Assembly (NCBI GenBank): GCA_018992685.1
Contig: JACVGT010000008.1
Coordinates: forward strand, 3,257 to 67,256
From: Theionarchaea archaeon
Lineage (GTDB): Archaea > Methanobacteriota_B > Thermococci > Methanofastidiosales > SZ-28-30
Reading direction: 5' to 3'
DNA: 64,000 nt
Position 1 is the stretch's first letter; every line of letters begins with the position of its first letter. The position numbers and the translations under genes were made by a program. Below, piece after piece: positions 1-10,030 of the stretch. Under the pieces are notes generated by a model, which was not told the DNA's origin, ran no database searches, and saw only the letters and a program-made list of their open reading frames with translations.

Positions 1-2
1 TG

Positions 3-497
3 GAACGAGAATCTCTCGTCACCGGAGAAACTGTAAAAGAGGGTATTGGAAGACCAAAGGTCATCTACTCCATCACAGAAGAAGCTGAGAAGCTCTTCCC
101 CAAACATTATGGTTGGCTCATGGGACAGGTCATCAGTCACCTCCTGGAACAACTGGGAGAAGGACAGGTGCATACCATGTTCAAGCACATCGGCACCAGG
201 CTCTCAAAACCGTATTCTAAAAGAGTGGAAGGAAAACCGCTGGAAGAACGGGCCACAGAAGTTGCCAAGATACTCAATGAATGGGGAGCCTATGCCGCAC
301 TGGAGAATGACGGAAACGGCCTGATCCTCAAGAACTACAACTGTGCCTTTTATGAAGTTGCCCAGGAACATCCCCAGGTGTGTGATGTTCATGCAGCTTT
401 CCTGGAGCAGCTCCTGGAAAAGAAGCCGGAGCGGACAGCCTCCATGGCTGAAGGGAATGACTACTGTGCGTACCAGATCATGGAACGGAGAGAATGA
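3..497 (+). CDS. Winged-helix transcriptional regulator, 5'-truncated at window edge (track shows internal Met at 120)
   Basis: Reading frame open from nt 3. Contains a wHTH-like '...GRPKVIYSITEEAEKLF...' segment and a C-terminal Cys/His-rich segment (NYNCAFYEVAQEHPQVCDVH). Confidence 0.4.
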   Translation, partial: ERESLVTGETVKEGIGRPKVIYSITEEAEKLFPKHYGWLMGQVISHLLEQLGEGQVHTMFKHIGTRLSKPYSKRVEGKPLEERATEVAKILNEWGAYAALENDGNGLILKNYNCAFYEVAQEHPQVCDVHAAFLEQLLEKKPERTASMAEGNDYCAYQIMERRE

Positions 498-523
498 ACA
501 CAGCAAGAATAAAAAAAGGGAAA

Positions 524-742
524 TCAGGTTTTTAATTCTCCCTTGGGAATATTCAGTATGATGCTGTCGCCAATACGATCCACCTCATGTGGTGTGATGT
601 GGTGCCCAGTCATCATGCCAGATTTTATGTAGATCTTCTGTATAGTGAAAGACGATACATCGATTTCAAGATCGCTGACCTTTCCGATCTCAATGGCATC
701 TTTATCATAGACTTTCCTTCCCATCAAATCTTTTGCTTTCAT
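524..742 (-). CDS. PRC-barrel domain protein. Probable start is MKAKDLMGRKVYD; the track ORF extends to 829.
   Basis: 'KDLMGRKVYDKDAIEIGKVSDLEIDVSSFTIQKIYIK' matches the PRC-barrel pattern. Size (~72 aa) is typical for archaeal PRC-barrel proteins. Confidence 0.6.
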   Translation of the reverse strand: MKAKDLMGRKVYDKDAIEIGKVSDLEIDVSSFTIQKIYIKSGMMTGHHITPHEVDRIGDSIILNIPKGELKT

Positions 743-1065
743 ACTTTCTGTATTCTGCCCGAACATTATAAAGGTTGTTTTTCTCTCAGGATTCAAGCGC
801 CCTTCCGGTTCCTGTCTTCTTTTCCTCATGGTGAGAGCTTCAGATCTGAAGTCTCAGGGTCACCCACACTCCAGAGGATCTGTCAAATTTATGAGCCAGG
901 TGCTGACCCTCACATTCCTGTCTCTTTCGACCCTGAGTGTCTCTCCTCAAAATACATCAGACCTTCCCTCCTGAGATTGGGGCCTGCACCTCACAGTCCA
1001 CTCTGGAACACACATCCAGAGGAGTGCCAGCATCAAGAAGTGCAGTACTGCGCAGCGAGGAAAAC

Positions 1066-1073
1066 CTTTAAAA
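1066..1073 (+). promoter_or_regulatory. Putative archaeal TATA box (TTTAAAAT) about 25 nt upstream of the sucC start
   Basis: AT-rich TATA-like octamer preceded by a purine-rich BRE-like stretch. The spacing fits a leaderless or short-leader archaeal transcript. Confidence 0.35.
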
Positions 1074-1094
1074 TCCCCACCAGAAGGGTAACCC

Positions 1095-2192
1095 ATGAAA
1101 CTGTACGAGTATGAAGCCAAGGAAATATTTGGCCAGAACGGCATTCCCATACCTCAGAGCAAGGTGATCACACAGCCATCAGAACTTGAAGCTGATTCTT
1201 TCCCCATAATGCTGAAAGCCCAGGTGCTCGTGGGAGGAAGAGGGAAGGCAGGAGGAGTCAAACTGGCCAAGACTGAAGCGGAAGCCAGAGAAGCTGCTGA
1301 AAGAATCTTATCCATGGAGATAAAGGGTATACCTGTTAAGAAACTTCTTGTATATCCTGCAGTGGACATCAAGAAGGAATACTATCTTGGATTCGTTGTG
1401 GATAGAAGTGCACGAAGTCTGGTGGCGATTGCTTCTTCAGAAGGTGGTATGGATATCGAAGAAGTGGCACAGAAGTCGCCCGAAAAGATTGCCAAGCTGC
1501 AGATCGATCCCATTCTCGGGTTGCAGTCATATGAAGCCAACGAGCTGGGAAGAAAAATCGGGTTAGAAGGAAAACCCCTGCTGCAGTTTTCCAAGATCGC
1601 CCTGAACCTGTACAAGATCTGCAAGAAATATGATGCTGAGCTCATTGAGATTAATCCTCTCGCTTGGTCTGAAGAGGGATTCTGTGCTGTGGATGCCAAG
1701 TTAAATGTGGATGATAACGCCCTGTACAGACAGAAATTCCAACCCAAAGCAGAGGAGTACACAGAACTGGAACGAATGGCAAAGGATGCGGGACTTTCAT
1801 ACGTGTCACTGGATGGGAATATTGCCATCATCGGGTGTGGTGCAGGACTGGTCATGGCCTCACTTGACATTATTCAGAAATATGGTGGAAGCCCAGCCAA
1901 TTTCCTGGATGTGGGTGGGGGAGCAAATGCAGAGAACATGAGACAGGCTCTTGATATTGTCACCCGACAGGAAGGGCTGAAGTCCATTTTCATCAACATC
2001 TTTGGCGGAATTACCAGATGCGATCAGATTGCGGAAGGGATTGTGGAGTTCTCTCCGAAAATTCCCATCTCAGTGAGGATGATGGGGACGAATGAGGAGC
2101 AGGGGAAGCAGATCCTGGATGAACACGGCTATCACGCCTTTGACAGTATGGCTGAAGCTGCGCAAAAGGCGGTAGAACTGTCTCAGGCATGA
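1095..2192 (+). CDS. sucC: Succinyl-CoA synthetase (ADP-forming) beta subunit
   Basis: 365 aa. The N-terminus '[20 protein letters not shown]' and the ATP-grasp plus CoA-ligase domains align along the full length with SucC. Confidence 0.9.
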   Translation: MKLYEYEAKEIFGQNGIPIPQSKVITQPSELEADSFPIMLKAQVLVGGRGKAGGVKLAKTEAEAREAAERILSMEIKGIPVKKLLVYPAVDIKKEYYLGFVVDRSARSLVAIASSEGGMDIEEVAQKSPEKIAKLQIDPILGLQSYEANELGRKIGLEGKPLLQFSKIALNLYKICKKYDAELIEINPLAWSEEGFCAVDAKLNVDDNALYRQKFQPKAEEYTELERMAKDAGLSYVSLDGNIAIIGCGAGLVMASLDIIQKYGGSPANFLDVGGGANAENMRQALDIVTRQEGLKSIFINIFGGITRCDQIAEGIVEFSPKIPISVRMMGTNEEQGKQILDEHGYHAFDSMAEAAQKAVELSQA

Positions 2193-2914
2193 GTATCAGC
2201 TCACGTTCACAAATCTGATTAGAAGAGTGAGAAGCTGAGGTGACCCCTATCTTCTGATTGTGGAGAAGACCACAGGGAACAGACAGCAAGAGGCAAGACT
2301 CGATCGTACGCTCGTTCCTGGTCTGACTCCGCTTCTTCCAGGTCTTTGATCACATCTGGAATATAAGACTTCTTGAGCTCCACTCTTCAGTGCATTGCGG
2401 ATTTTCTTCAAGAAATGCAATTTCCATAGAAGAACCTCGTGATGGTCGTCTTGTGCAGTGTTGCCCCGATACCGTACATACTCTAAAATGTCTTTCAATT
2501 GTTCTGTTCCCTCATCGTCGAAAGCGAGAATGAAGACTCCTATTCAGGTTGCTCACCTGGTGAAAGAGGCAGCTTTGTCGTACAGATGCCACCTTCACGC
2601 ATTTCACTTCTTACAGTCATCTTTGCTGGTCGTGCTGTATTCGTTCGCTGAATGCCCTTATAAACTTTCTTGATGTGTCAGTATGAGAAAGATCGCAAAT
2701 TCAGGTATTTTTTGATTTGAAGTCTGTTTCTCTCTCTATTGGAGAGGGAACCTAATACAATATATCTCAAGAGCCAATCTCCTTACAAAGGACTTCACGT
2801 CCATCATTGCATTCTGGCAAACGATGGGTTGGTTCTGATTTTGTTCTCGTCGGAAACCTTTGTTTTACGATATCATACGGCAATCTTTTTAAGAATGTAT
2901 AGTCATCACAGACC

Positions 2915-4405
2915 ATGCAAAGACAGAAAGCAATCCTCCTGGCAGTGCTTCTGATCACGCCACCTCTGCTGGCAGCTGAAGGACCCCGGGGTCCACTGTG
3001 TGATCCCTTCCGTCCTGAAGTGGAAAACCACATTTGGTTCTGGTGGCCAGAAGGCATTGCTGGGTTTGAATTTGATGATTCTGGAACCTTATTATATATT
3101 GTGGATGGAATTCCTGCCCAATCTGGAGAACTCATTTCTTCCAGTGTGCAGAAAGAATTCCGGAAGTTACCATTAACTGGAGAATTTACCTTCTGGCGGC
3201 CCATAAAGAAGGATGGACTGGGTGGATTCTGGCTGAAGCATTTTGCAGTAAAGACCCTGAATCAGCCCTGGGGCACGGTCAGCCCGGGTGTAGATTACAA
3301 TTATCATCTCAACCTTGGGAAGAAGATAACAGAAATCAAGAGAGAAGATTTCAAATCGTTCAAAGAGCACCCCTTTGCGCAGGGCATGGGAGCCTACATA
3401 TGGAAAAAGGAAAGCTCTGAACTGTATGGTATAGAATTCGACACGAAAGGAGTTGCCAGGTACCTGGTCCATGGCATTCCGGGGGAATATTCCCTGGACG
3501 ATGTACCTCCCGACGGGTACATGACGTGGCAGCCTGTGGATTCAAAGAGTAAGGAGGGATACTGGCTGAAGCATGTTGCAGTGAGAGAACTGAGAATGCC
3601 TTGGGGAACGGTGTACCCTGGCATAGATTACCGGTTTCAATCAGAACATACTTTAGGGGAATTGACCCGAAGGCAGGCCGCAGAGTTCACTGACAACCCC
3701 TTCACTCCCGAATTGGCCAACCATATCTGGAAAAAGGAAGGGGACACGTTGCGTGGATTCAGATTCGATGAAAAAGGACATTTGCGGTACATGGTGGAGG
3801 GAATCAAGGGCTCATACACATTGGACGATGTGCCCTTTTCAGGAGAGTACACTGTGTGGGTTCCCGTCAGTCCCACCAGTTCCTCTGGATACTGGTTGAA
3901 CTATGCTGCAGTGGCTGAGTTCGAGATGCCCTGGGGAACGGTGCATCCTGGAATCGATTATAGATATGAAGATGGAAAATCTACCAAGGACCTGCCGAAG
4001 AGCAGTAAATTCACGTTCGAACCGTTTCCAGAGGGAGATTTGGAGAACCACATCTGGAGCCAGGAAATAGACTGTTTATACGGTGCGGAGTTCGACACTC
4101 AGGGGAATCTTCTGTACCTGGTTCATGGTGTGCCCGGCACCTACTCGCTCAATGATGTTCCCTTGTCAGGTGAGTATGTGGTATGGTACCCGCTCGAAGG
4201 AGGGGAACAGGAAGGGGTCTGGCTGAAGTATGTCGCAGTGAGGGAGGTTGACATGGAATGGGGTCCAGTGACCTATGGTATTGACCTCTCATACAATCAG
4301 CAGGAAGGCCACGGAATATCATTTCTGACCAGAGAGGACTACCACGAAAACTGGGACTTACTAAAGCTCTTGAAGTACTTCTGGGACGTTTTGATGGAAG
4401 ACTGA
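2915..4405 (+). CDS. Secreted protein with four tandem ~100-aa repeats of an uncharacterised domain
   Basis: N-terminal signal peptide MQRQKAILLAVLLITPPLLAAEG. There are four repeats, each with (E/A)NHIW...G(F/I)EFD...Y(L/I)V.GIPG.Y(S/T)LDDVP.(S/D)GEY..W.P...GYWL(K/N)(H/Y)(V/F)AV.E..MPWGTV.PGIDY. Confidence 0.7.
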   Translation: MQRQKAILLAVLLITPPLLAAEGPRGPLCDPFRPEVENHIWFWWPEGIAGFEFDDSGTLLYIVDGIPAQSGELISSSVQKEFRKLPLTGEFTFWRPIKKDGLGGFWLKHFAVKTLNQPWGTVSPGVDYNYHLNLGKKITEIKREDFKSFKEHPFAQGMGAYIWKKESSELYGIEFDTKGVARYLVHGIPGEYSLDDVPPDGYMTWQPVDSKSKEGYWLKHVAVRELRMPWGTVYPGIDYRFQSEHTLGELTRRQAAEFTDNPFTPELANHIWKKEGDTLRGFRFDEKGHLRYMVEGIKGSYTLDDVPFSGEYTVWVPVSPTSSSGYWLNYAAVAEFEMPWGTVHPGIDYRYEDGKSTKDLPKSSKFTFEPFPEGDLENHIWSQEIDCLYGAEFDTQGNLLYLVHGVPGTYSLNDVPLSGEYVVWYPLEGGEQEGVWLKYVAVREVDMEWGPVTYGIDLSYNQQEGHGISFLTREDYHENWDLLKLLKYFWDVLMED

Positions 4406-4463
4406 TGTGTCATTAGTAGTATCACCTGCTAGCTGCAGCTGCAGGAAACCTTGATAAGCACTG

Positions 4464-5222
4464 GTGAGTATCAGAATCATGGGAGGACCTGAAGCAAGTA
4501 TAGTGGAAGAAGCAGCACGCATTATTGATGCTGCCCATGACAATGACGTGACACTGAGGCTCCTGGGAGGGCTGGCCACCAGAATACACTGTGAACATGT
4601 GGACTTTTGCGACCGGGAGTACTCTGACATTGACATGGTGGGGCTCGGCAGAGAAAAGAGCAGGATCAGTATGTTGTTCTCAGCCCTGGGATACCTGCCC
4701 GATGAACGGTTCAATGCACTCCACGGCCACAAACGGCTGAAATTTGAAGAGACTGTGTACCACAGGCATGTGGATGTGTTTCTGGATCATTTTGACATGG
4801 ATCACGACTGGGACCTGTCCAGCAGACTGGATATTGAAAAGTACACGCTTCCTCTCAGTGATCTGCTTTTGACAAAACTCCAGATTTGCAAGATAAATGA
4901 AAAGGACATCCGGGACATACTCACCCTCCTGAAAGACTGCGCTATCGGTGAGGAAGACCTCCCTCACACCATAAACGTGGGATACATTGCAGAAAAATGC
5001 TCCGAAGACTGGGGATTATATGAAGCGGTGCTTGATAACCTGGAACATGTGGGTACATTTCTGGATACGTATGAATTGAGTGAAGAGGATAGGAATCTGG
5101 TGGAAAGGCGACTTAAACTCCTCACCAGGAACCTCATTTCACATCAGAAGACTGCCAGATGGAAGATGCGCTCTGCAGTGGGAAGACATCTGGCATGGTG
5201 CGAACAGGTAGAAGAAGAATAG
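4464..5222 (+). CDS. Hypothetical protein, possibly a nucleotidyltransferase-fold (NTP_transf_5-like) protein
   Basis: 252 aa. 'LLGGLATRIHC...EYSDIDMVG' resembles the G[GS]...D.D minimal NTase motif. The C-terminal half is helical. The assignment is weak. Confidence 0.3.
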   Translation: MSIRIMGGPEASIVEEAARIIDAAHDNDVTLRLLGGLATRIHCEHVDFCDREYSDIDMVGLGREKSRISMLFSALGYLPDERFNALHGHKRLKFEETVYHRHVDVFLDHFDMDHDWDLSSRLDIEKYTLPLSDLLLTKLQICKINEKDIRDILTLLKDCAIGEEDLPHTINVGYIAEKCSEDWGLYEAVLDNLEHVGTFLDTYELSEEDRNLVERRLKLLTRNLISHQKTARWKMRSAVGRHLAWCEQVEEE

Positions 5223-5267
5223 CTCTACTGTAACCTCACCTTTATATCTGCCATCAGAAGGTAGAGT

Positions 5268-6020
5268 ATGGAATCTCTCAAGGGAAAAACCGCTGTGATC
5301 ACGGGCAGCTCACGCGGCATTGGAAGAGGATGTGCTCTAGTACTTGCCAGATATGGCTGTAATATTGTGATAAATTACGTTGAATCTTCAGAAAAGGCAC
5401 AGGAAGTGGCAGAAGAGATCACGGGGCTGGGTGTGGAATCTCTCGTGGTAAGAGCGGATGTCTCCCGGGAGCAGGATGTCAAATCGATGATAGGGAGCGC
5501 AATCAGCACGTTTGGCGGAATAGATATCCTTGTCAATAATGCAGGCATTCACCAGCACCTCAAGACATGGGAACTCTCACTGGAGGATTGGAATAGAGTT
5601 ATTGCCACGAATCTGACGGGTGTATTCCTGTGTTCACGAGAAGCAGTTTCCCATATGAAGAAGGTAGGATCAGGATCAATCATTAACATTTCGTCGTGTG
5701 TGGCATTCACGGGTACGGATCATGAAATACACTACGCATCCACCAAGGCAGGTATTCTGGGATTTACCAAGAGTCTAGCTCTGGAGGTTGCCTCTTACAA
5801 CATACGAGTGAATGCCGTATCCCCCGGATTCTTTGCCACAGACATGGTTCTGCCTCTGATTACCAGCGAAGAAATGAAATCTTTGGAAACCAAAATCCCT
5901 CTGGGGAGATTGGGAGCTCCCGAGGATATTGGCAATGCCGTTGCTTTTCTGGCATCTGACAGGGCACAGTACATAACAGGGGAAGTACTGCACGTGAATG
6001 GCGGGCTGATAATGTACTAG
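5268..6020 (+). CDS. Short-chain dehydrogenase/reductase (FabG-like 3-oxoacyl reductase family)
   Basis: TGSSRGIGRG Rossmann motif, NNAG, and catalytic S...YxxxK (YASTKAG). 250 aa. Confidence 0.85.
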   Translation: MESLKGKTAVITGSSRGIGRGCALVLARYGCNIVINYVESSEKAQEVAEEITGLGVESLVVRADVSREQDVKSMIGSAISTFGGIDILVNNAGIHQHLKTWELSLEDWNRVIATNLTGVFLCSREAVSHMKKVGSGSIINISSCVAFTGTDHEIHYASTKAGILGFTKSLALEVASYNIRVNAVSPGFFATDMVLPLITSEEMKSLETKIPLGRLGAPEDIGNAVAFLASDRAQYITGEVLHVNGGLIMY

Positions 6021-6211
6021 GTGTGAACGTGTAAAGGTCGACTTCTCCCGGGCATAGCTGTCCCTCCCTGCAAAGACGTGGATAAAAACGCATGATAGAA
6101 TTCTGATTCTGGAACTACAGGAATCTCCATGAAAACATTTATATTGGAGACCAGCTTCTACACAGGGGATGCCCCAGATCCAGCATCACGCACCAGGAAA
6201 TGCGTACCTGA

Positions 6212-7606
6212 GTGCGATATTGCAGCCAGACTGTGCAGGAGACCGTAAGAATGACCCTGAGAAAACGTGAGTCAGAAGAGAACAGGACCAAGAGAAGAGG
6301 TCCCTCCGGAATGGTCGGATTCACCGTAGTGTGGGCTGGGCAGCTGGTTTCGCTCATGGGGAGCTCTATGACAGGATTTGCCATCATGATCTGGCTCTGG
6401 CAGACCACAGGGAAAGCCACTCCCTTTGCACTCTATAGATTCTTCTCCTCTGTTCCCCTGATCATTGCAAGTCCTTTGGCTGGTGCCCTGGTGGATCGAT
6501 GGGACAGGAAATTGACCATGATGCTCAGCGACTTGGCTGCAGGAATGTCCTCTGTCATTATCTTGATTTTGTATTCCATGGGGGGCCTGGAGGTGTGGCA
6601 CCTCTACGCGACGGGTGCACTGGCCGGGTTTTTTGGGGCTTTTCAGTTTCCTGCATTTTCTGCGGCAATTACCATGATGGTGTCCAAGACCCACTATGCC
6701 CGGGCAAGTGGCATGAGATCAGTGGCTGAATCAGCCTCAGGTATCTTCGGACCTCTGGCTGGTGCCGGACTCCTGGGGATCATTGGAATAGAAGGCATAC
6801 TCATAATTGACATCATCACCTTCTCTCTTGCCATTGGAACACTGCTCTTCATCTTTATACCAAAACCTCCCACTACTGCAGAAGGATCAGAAGGAGCTGG
6901 AAGCATTTGGAAAGAGTCAGTATACGGGTTCCGCTACATTTACCGGCGTACTGCCCTGCTAGGACTGTTGCTGGTCTTTCTCATTATCAACCTGACCACA
7001 ACATTTGGGTTCTCGGTGTGGGCACCCATGATACTGGCACGCACGAATAACAACGAAGTGGTGCTGGGTGGAGCTCAATCTGCTCTTGCTGTGGGGGGGC
7101 TGGTGAGTGGAGTGCTGATGTCTGTGTGGGGAGGTCCCCGGCGCAGAATCAGAGGAGTCTTTGTCACCATGGCAGGAATGGGGGTTGTCCTGTCTGTCAT
7201 GGGTATGGGCCAGGGATTATATGTGTGGGCCGTTGCAGGGTTCTGGTTCACCTTTTTTGGAGTGATTGCTTCTGCGTGCAGTAACGCCTTTTGGCAGTCC
7301 AAGGTTGCACCTGACGTCCAGGGGCGCGTGTTTGCAGCCAGGGCTATGATGGCCTGGGCAGCACGTCCTCTCTCCATGGTGCTGGCAGGTCCTCTTGCAG
7401 ACAGGTTCTTTGAACCTGCAATGAGAGAAGGAGGAATGTTGACAGGTATTTTCGGACAGGTGGTGGGCACAGGTTCAGGGGCAGGCATGGGGCTAATGTT
7501 TGTGTTGACTGGGATACTCTGTGCACTGGCTGCTGGAGTGGGGTACACCTTCCGATCAATTCGGGACGCAGAAGAGATATTGCCAGATCATGAGGCGGCG
7601 GGCTGA
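6212..7606 (+). CDS. MFS transporter (EntS / macrolide-efflux-like)
   Basis: 12 predicted TM helices, an 'LAGALVDRWDRK' MFS motif, and an N-terminal basic leader. The true start is probably an internal Met. Confidence 0.75.
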   Translation: MRYCSQTVQETVRMTLRKRESEENRTKRRGPSGMVGFTVVWAGQLVSLMGSSMTGFAIMIWLWQTTGKATPFALYRFFSSVPLIIASPLAGALVDRWDRKLTMMLSDLAAGMSSVIILILYSMGGLEVWHLYATGALAGFFGAFQFPAFSAAITMMVSKTHYARASGMRSVAESASGIFGPLAGAGLLGIIGIEGILIIDIITFSLAIGTLLFIFIPKPPTTAEGSEGAGSIWKESVYGFRYIYRRTALLGLLLVFLIINLTTTFGFSVWAPMILARTNNNEVVLGGAQSALAVGGLVSGVLMSVWGGPRRRIRGVFVTMAGMGVVLSVMGMGQGLYVWAVAGFWFTFFGVIASACSNAFWQSKVAPDVQGRVFAARAMMAWAARPLSMVLAGPLADRFFEPAMREGGMLTGIFGQVVGTGSGAGMGLMFVLTGILCALAAGVGYTFRSIRDAEEILPDHEAAG

Positions 7607-7774
7607 TCGAAATGACATGCAACAACTTCTCTTTTCAAGAAAAAAGTATACATACATTTTCAGATTGGCTTTTCCTAGAAAAAACGTCCTCGATAGAATC
7701 TTTTGAAGCATATGTGGAAATCTTTATATGCTTTCAACTGCAAAAGAAAAAAAACCTCATCAGGAGGAATATAG

Positions 7775-9031
7775 ATGAAAGCAGTAAGACTCTTTATTGC
7801 AGGGATGCTCTTGGTTTCGTTCTTTACAGTTATTTCTGAGCCATCGCAGGCAGCTTCTGCCTCGTTGAACATTAACAAAGGATGTGGAGCCACCTACTAC
7901 CCCGGAGAAGTGGTGACCATCAGCTATAAGGTGACAGCAAATGCCTCAGCAACGGTAGTGGCTTCACTCAGAGTGCAACTGCCTGATTCATCGTGGTCAA
8001 CATTTTTCATCAACAGAAGCATTCTGCCCAATGTCACGTACTATGCATCTGGAGTAGCTGGTTCGAATCTGGGAGGGAGAACAGTAGTCTTCGAGTGGGA
8101 AGCCACCTACATGGGGACTGATGCTGGGTCAACATCATGTACGTATGTAGTCTCTTCAGGTGGAGGAACTTTCGGAACCACTTTACAGATCAATAGCAAT
8201 GTTTCGGGATTCCAGGTGTGGTGGGATGGCGTGTACAGCCATACAACACCCTATAACTACGCTCTTCTGTATAATGTGCCCTCGGGAACCCATGTGGTGA
8301 CCTTGAAGAAGTCAGGATGCACCGATGCAAGCAAGACAGTTTCCATTGTTCCAGCAACCGCAAACCAGGTGACCATCAACATGAGCTGCGGCTCGAGCGG
8401 TGGTACAGAAGAAGAAGCTGACATTGATGGTGATGGTGTTCCAGACGATGAAGACGGGTGCTACAATCCTGACTGCAATGTAGTAGATAGAAATGGCTGC
8501 CCCAAGGATTCAGACAGAGACGGTGTAAATGAATGTGATGATGACTGCCCCACAGAGGCGGGAAGTCCTTCCAACGAGGGATGTCCCGCAGGTGACAAAG
8601 ACAGCGACGGTGTGACTGATGATGAAGATGCCTGCTACAATCCTGAATGCTCAATAGTTGATTCCCAGGGATGTCCAAAGGATTCCGATGGTGATGGACT
8701 GAATGATTGTGCAGATGACTGTCCCGATGAAGAAGGGGACCGGAGGAATAGAGGATGTCCTGCTGAAGATTCTGACAGCGATGGTATAACTGATGACCAG
8801 GACAACTGCTACAACCCAGGATGCACGCTGGTGGATCCCCGAGGATGCCCACGAGACTCTGACAATGATGGAATGAATGACTGTGAGGACTATTGCCCCA
8901 ACCAAGCAGGTTCCCGGAGCAACAATGGGTGCCCAGAGCAACAGCAAGCTCCCCAGTTCTGTTTGGGATCGGGACTGCTGGCACTGCTGGTCTGTCTTGG
9001 AAGTGTGGGAAAAGTCTTGAAACGGAAATAG
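7775..9031 (+). CDS. Secreted surface protein. It has an N-terminal beta-rich domain, three thrombospondin type-3-like Ca-binding Cys repeats, and a C-terminal 'PQF' + TM + KRK anchor.
   Basis: Signal peptide MKAVRLFIAGMLLVSFFTVISEPSQA. Three ~54-aa repeats (D.D.DG..D..D.CYNP.C..VD..GCP.DSD.DG.N.C.D.CP). C-terminus 'QQQAPQFCLGSGLLALLVCLGSVGKVLKRK'. An AGGAGG Shine-Dalgarno lies 8 nt upstream. Confidence 0.75.
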   Translation: MKAVRLFIAGMLLVSFFTVISEPSQAASASLNINKGCGATYYPGEVVTISYKVTANASATVVASLRVQLPDSSWSTFFINRSILPNVTYYASGVAGSNLGGRTVVFEWEATYMGTDAGSTSCTYVVSSGGGTFGTTLQINSNVSGFQVWWDGVYSHTTPYNYALLYNVPSGTHVVTLKKSGCTDASKTVSIVPATANQVTINMSCGSSGGTEEEADIDGDGVPDDEDGCYNPDCNVVDRNGCPKDSDRDGVNECDDDCPTEAGSPSNEGCPAGDKDSDGVTDDEDACYNPECSIVDSQGCPKDSDGDGLNDCADDCPDEEGDRRNRGCPAEDSDSDGITDDQDNCYNPGCTLVDPRGCPRDSDNDGMNDCEDYCPNQAGSRSNNGCPEQQQAPQFCLGSGLLALLVCLGSVGKVLKRK

Positions 9032-9066
9032 CTTTCTATTTTTACTTTATTATTCACCTTTTTTTT
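9032..9066 (+). terminator. Oligo-T archaeal terminator after the surface-protein gene
   Basis: ctttctatttttactttattattcacctttttttt immediately 3' of the stop codon. Confidence 0.4.
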
Positions 9067-9162
9067 GCTGGGGTTCAACCTTAAAGATTCCCAGACCACC
9101 TCGCTAGGATAGACACACAGTGACCATGCAAATCTATAAGAATATAAGATCAACTCTGTATT

Positions 9163-9945
9163 ATGAACTTGTTTTCCGTGGAGTTCCCCGTCATTGGCAT
9201 GATCCACTTACTTCCTCTTCCCGGTTCACCTCGGTTCACAGACATTCAATCGGTCATCCATCAGGCTTCTCACGATTATCAGGCCTTGAGAGATGGAGGG
9301 GTGGATGGTGTACTCATTGAAAACTTTGGAGATATTCCTTTTCCGAAAGAACGAGTCAGTCCTCACGTCGTGGCCTGGATGATGAGGATTGTCCTGTCTT
9401 TGGGAATTGATGTGCCTTTTGGGATAAATGTGTTGAGGAATGATGCAATTTCTGCCTTAGCTGTCGCTCATGCCACGGGAGCTCATTTCATCAGGTGCAA
9501 CATCTTGACGGGTGCCATGGTAACTGACCAAGGGATGATTGAGGGAAAATCTGCAGAAGTCTTGCGCTACCGCTCTCTCCTGAAATGTGATGTCAGAATT
9601 TTCGCGGACGTTCATGTGAAACATGCAGTTCCCCTTGTGGTCCAGCCCATTGAACGCGTGGCCAGAGATACTGCCTACCGGGGGTTGGCTGATGGATTGA
9701 TTGTAACAGGTGCAGAAACAGGAGATCCACCCACCAGCACAGATATGAGGGCAGTGAAGGGGGCAGTTCCAGACAAACCCCTCTTTGCGGGAAGTGGTAC
9801 CACCCATCAAACCGTGCCATCCATCATCGGGCTTGCTGATGGTTGCATTGTGGGGAAAGCTTTCAAGAAAGAAGGCATGATAGAGAATCCTGTGGACAGG
9901 GCACGGGTAGAATCATTCATGCAGCAGGTGAAAGACCTGCGGTAG
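9163..9945 (+). CDS. BtpA/SgcQ-family TIM-barrel protein
   Basis: 'FPVIGMIHLLPLPGSPRF...GVDGVLIENFGDIPF' is characteristic of the BtpA family (PF03437). 260 aa. Confidence 0.75.
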   Translation: MNLFSVEFPVIGMIHLLPLPGSPRFTDIQSVIHQASHDYQALRDGGVDGVLIENFGDIPFPKERVSPHVVAWMMRIVLSLGIDVPFGINVLRNDAISALAVAHATGAHFIRCNILTGAMVTDQGMIEGKSAEVLRYRSLLKCDVRIFADVHVKHAVPLVVQPIERVARDTAYRGLADGLIVTGAETGDPPTSTDMRAVKGAVPDKPLFAGSGTTHQTVPSIIGLADGCIVGKAFKKEGMIENPVDRARVESFMQQVKDLR

Positions 9946-10030
9946 CAGCTGCACGATGTATCCGTGTATCCCCTGAAATCTATTATTCACGTATTGAGCA
10001 GTTCCAGTGGTAGGTGAGCGTATAAACAAA

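Noticed and set aside
587-1114. 175-aa plus-strand ORF
   Set aside because: Antisense to the PRC-barrel gene and running through the sucC promoter region. Low-complexity Ser/Pro/His composition. No motif.
2193-2914. Possible degraded sucD
   Set aside because: Hand translation of all six frames shows no SucD-like CoA-binding or phosphohistidine motifs. Left as an unexplained non-coding gap (see finding).
6272-6694. 140-aa minus-strand ORF inside the MFS transporter gene
   Set aside because: Antisense artefact. The sense frame encodes 12 TM helices with MFS motifs.
8376-8984. 202-aa His/Cys-rich minus-strand ORF
   Set aside because: It is the antisense frame of the Asp-rich (GAT/GAC) repeat region of the surface-protein gene. 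The His/Ile/Val codons are simply the complement. The sense-strand gene has a signal peptide and Shine-Dalgarno.
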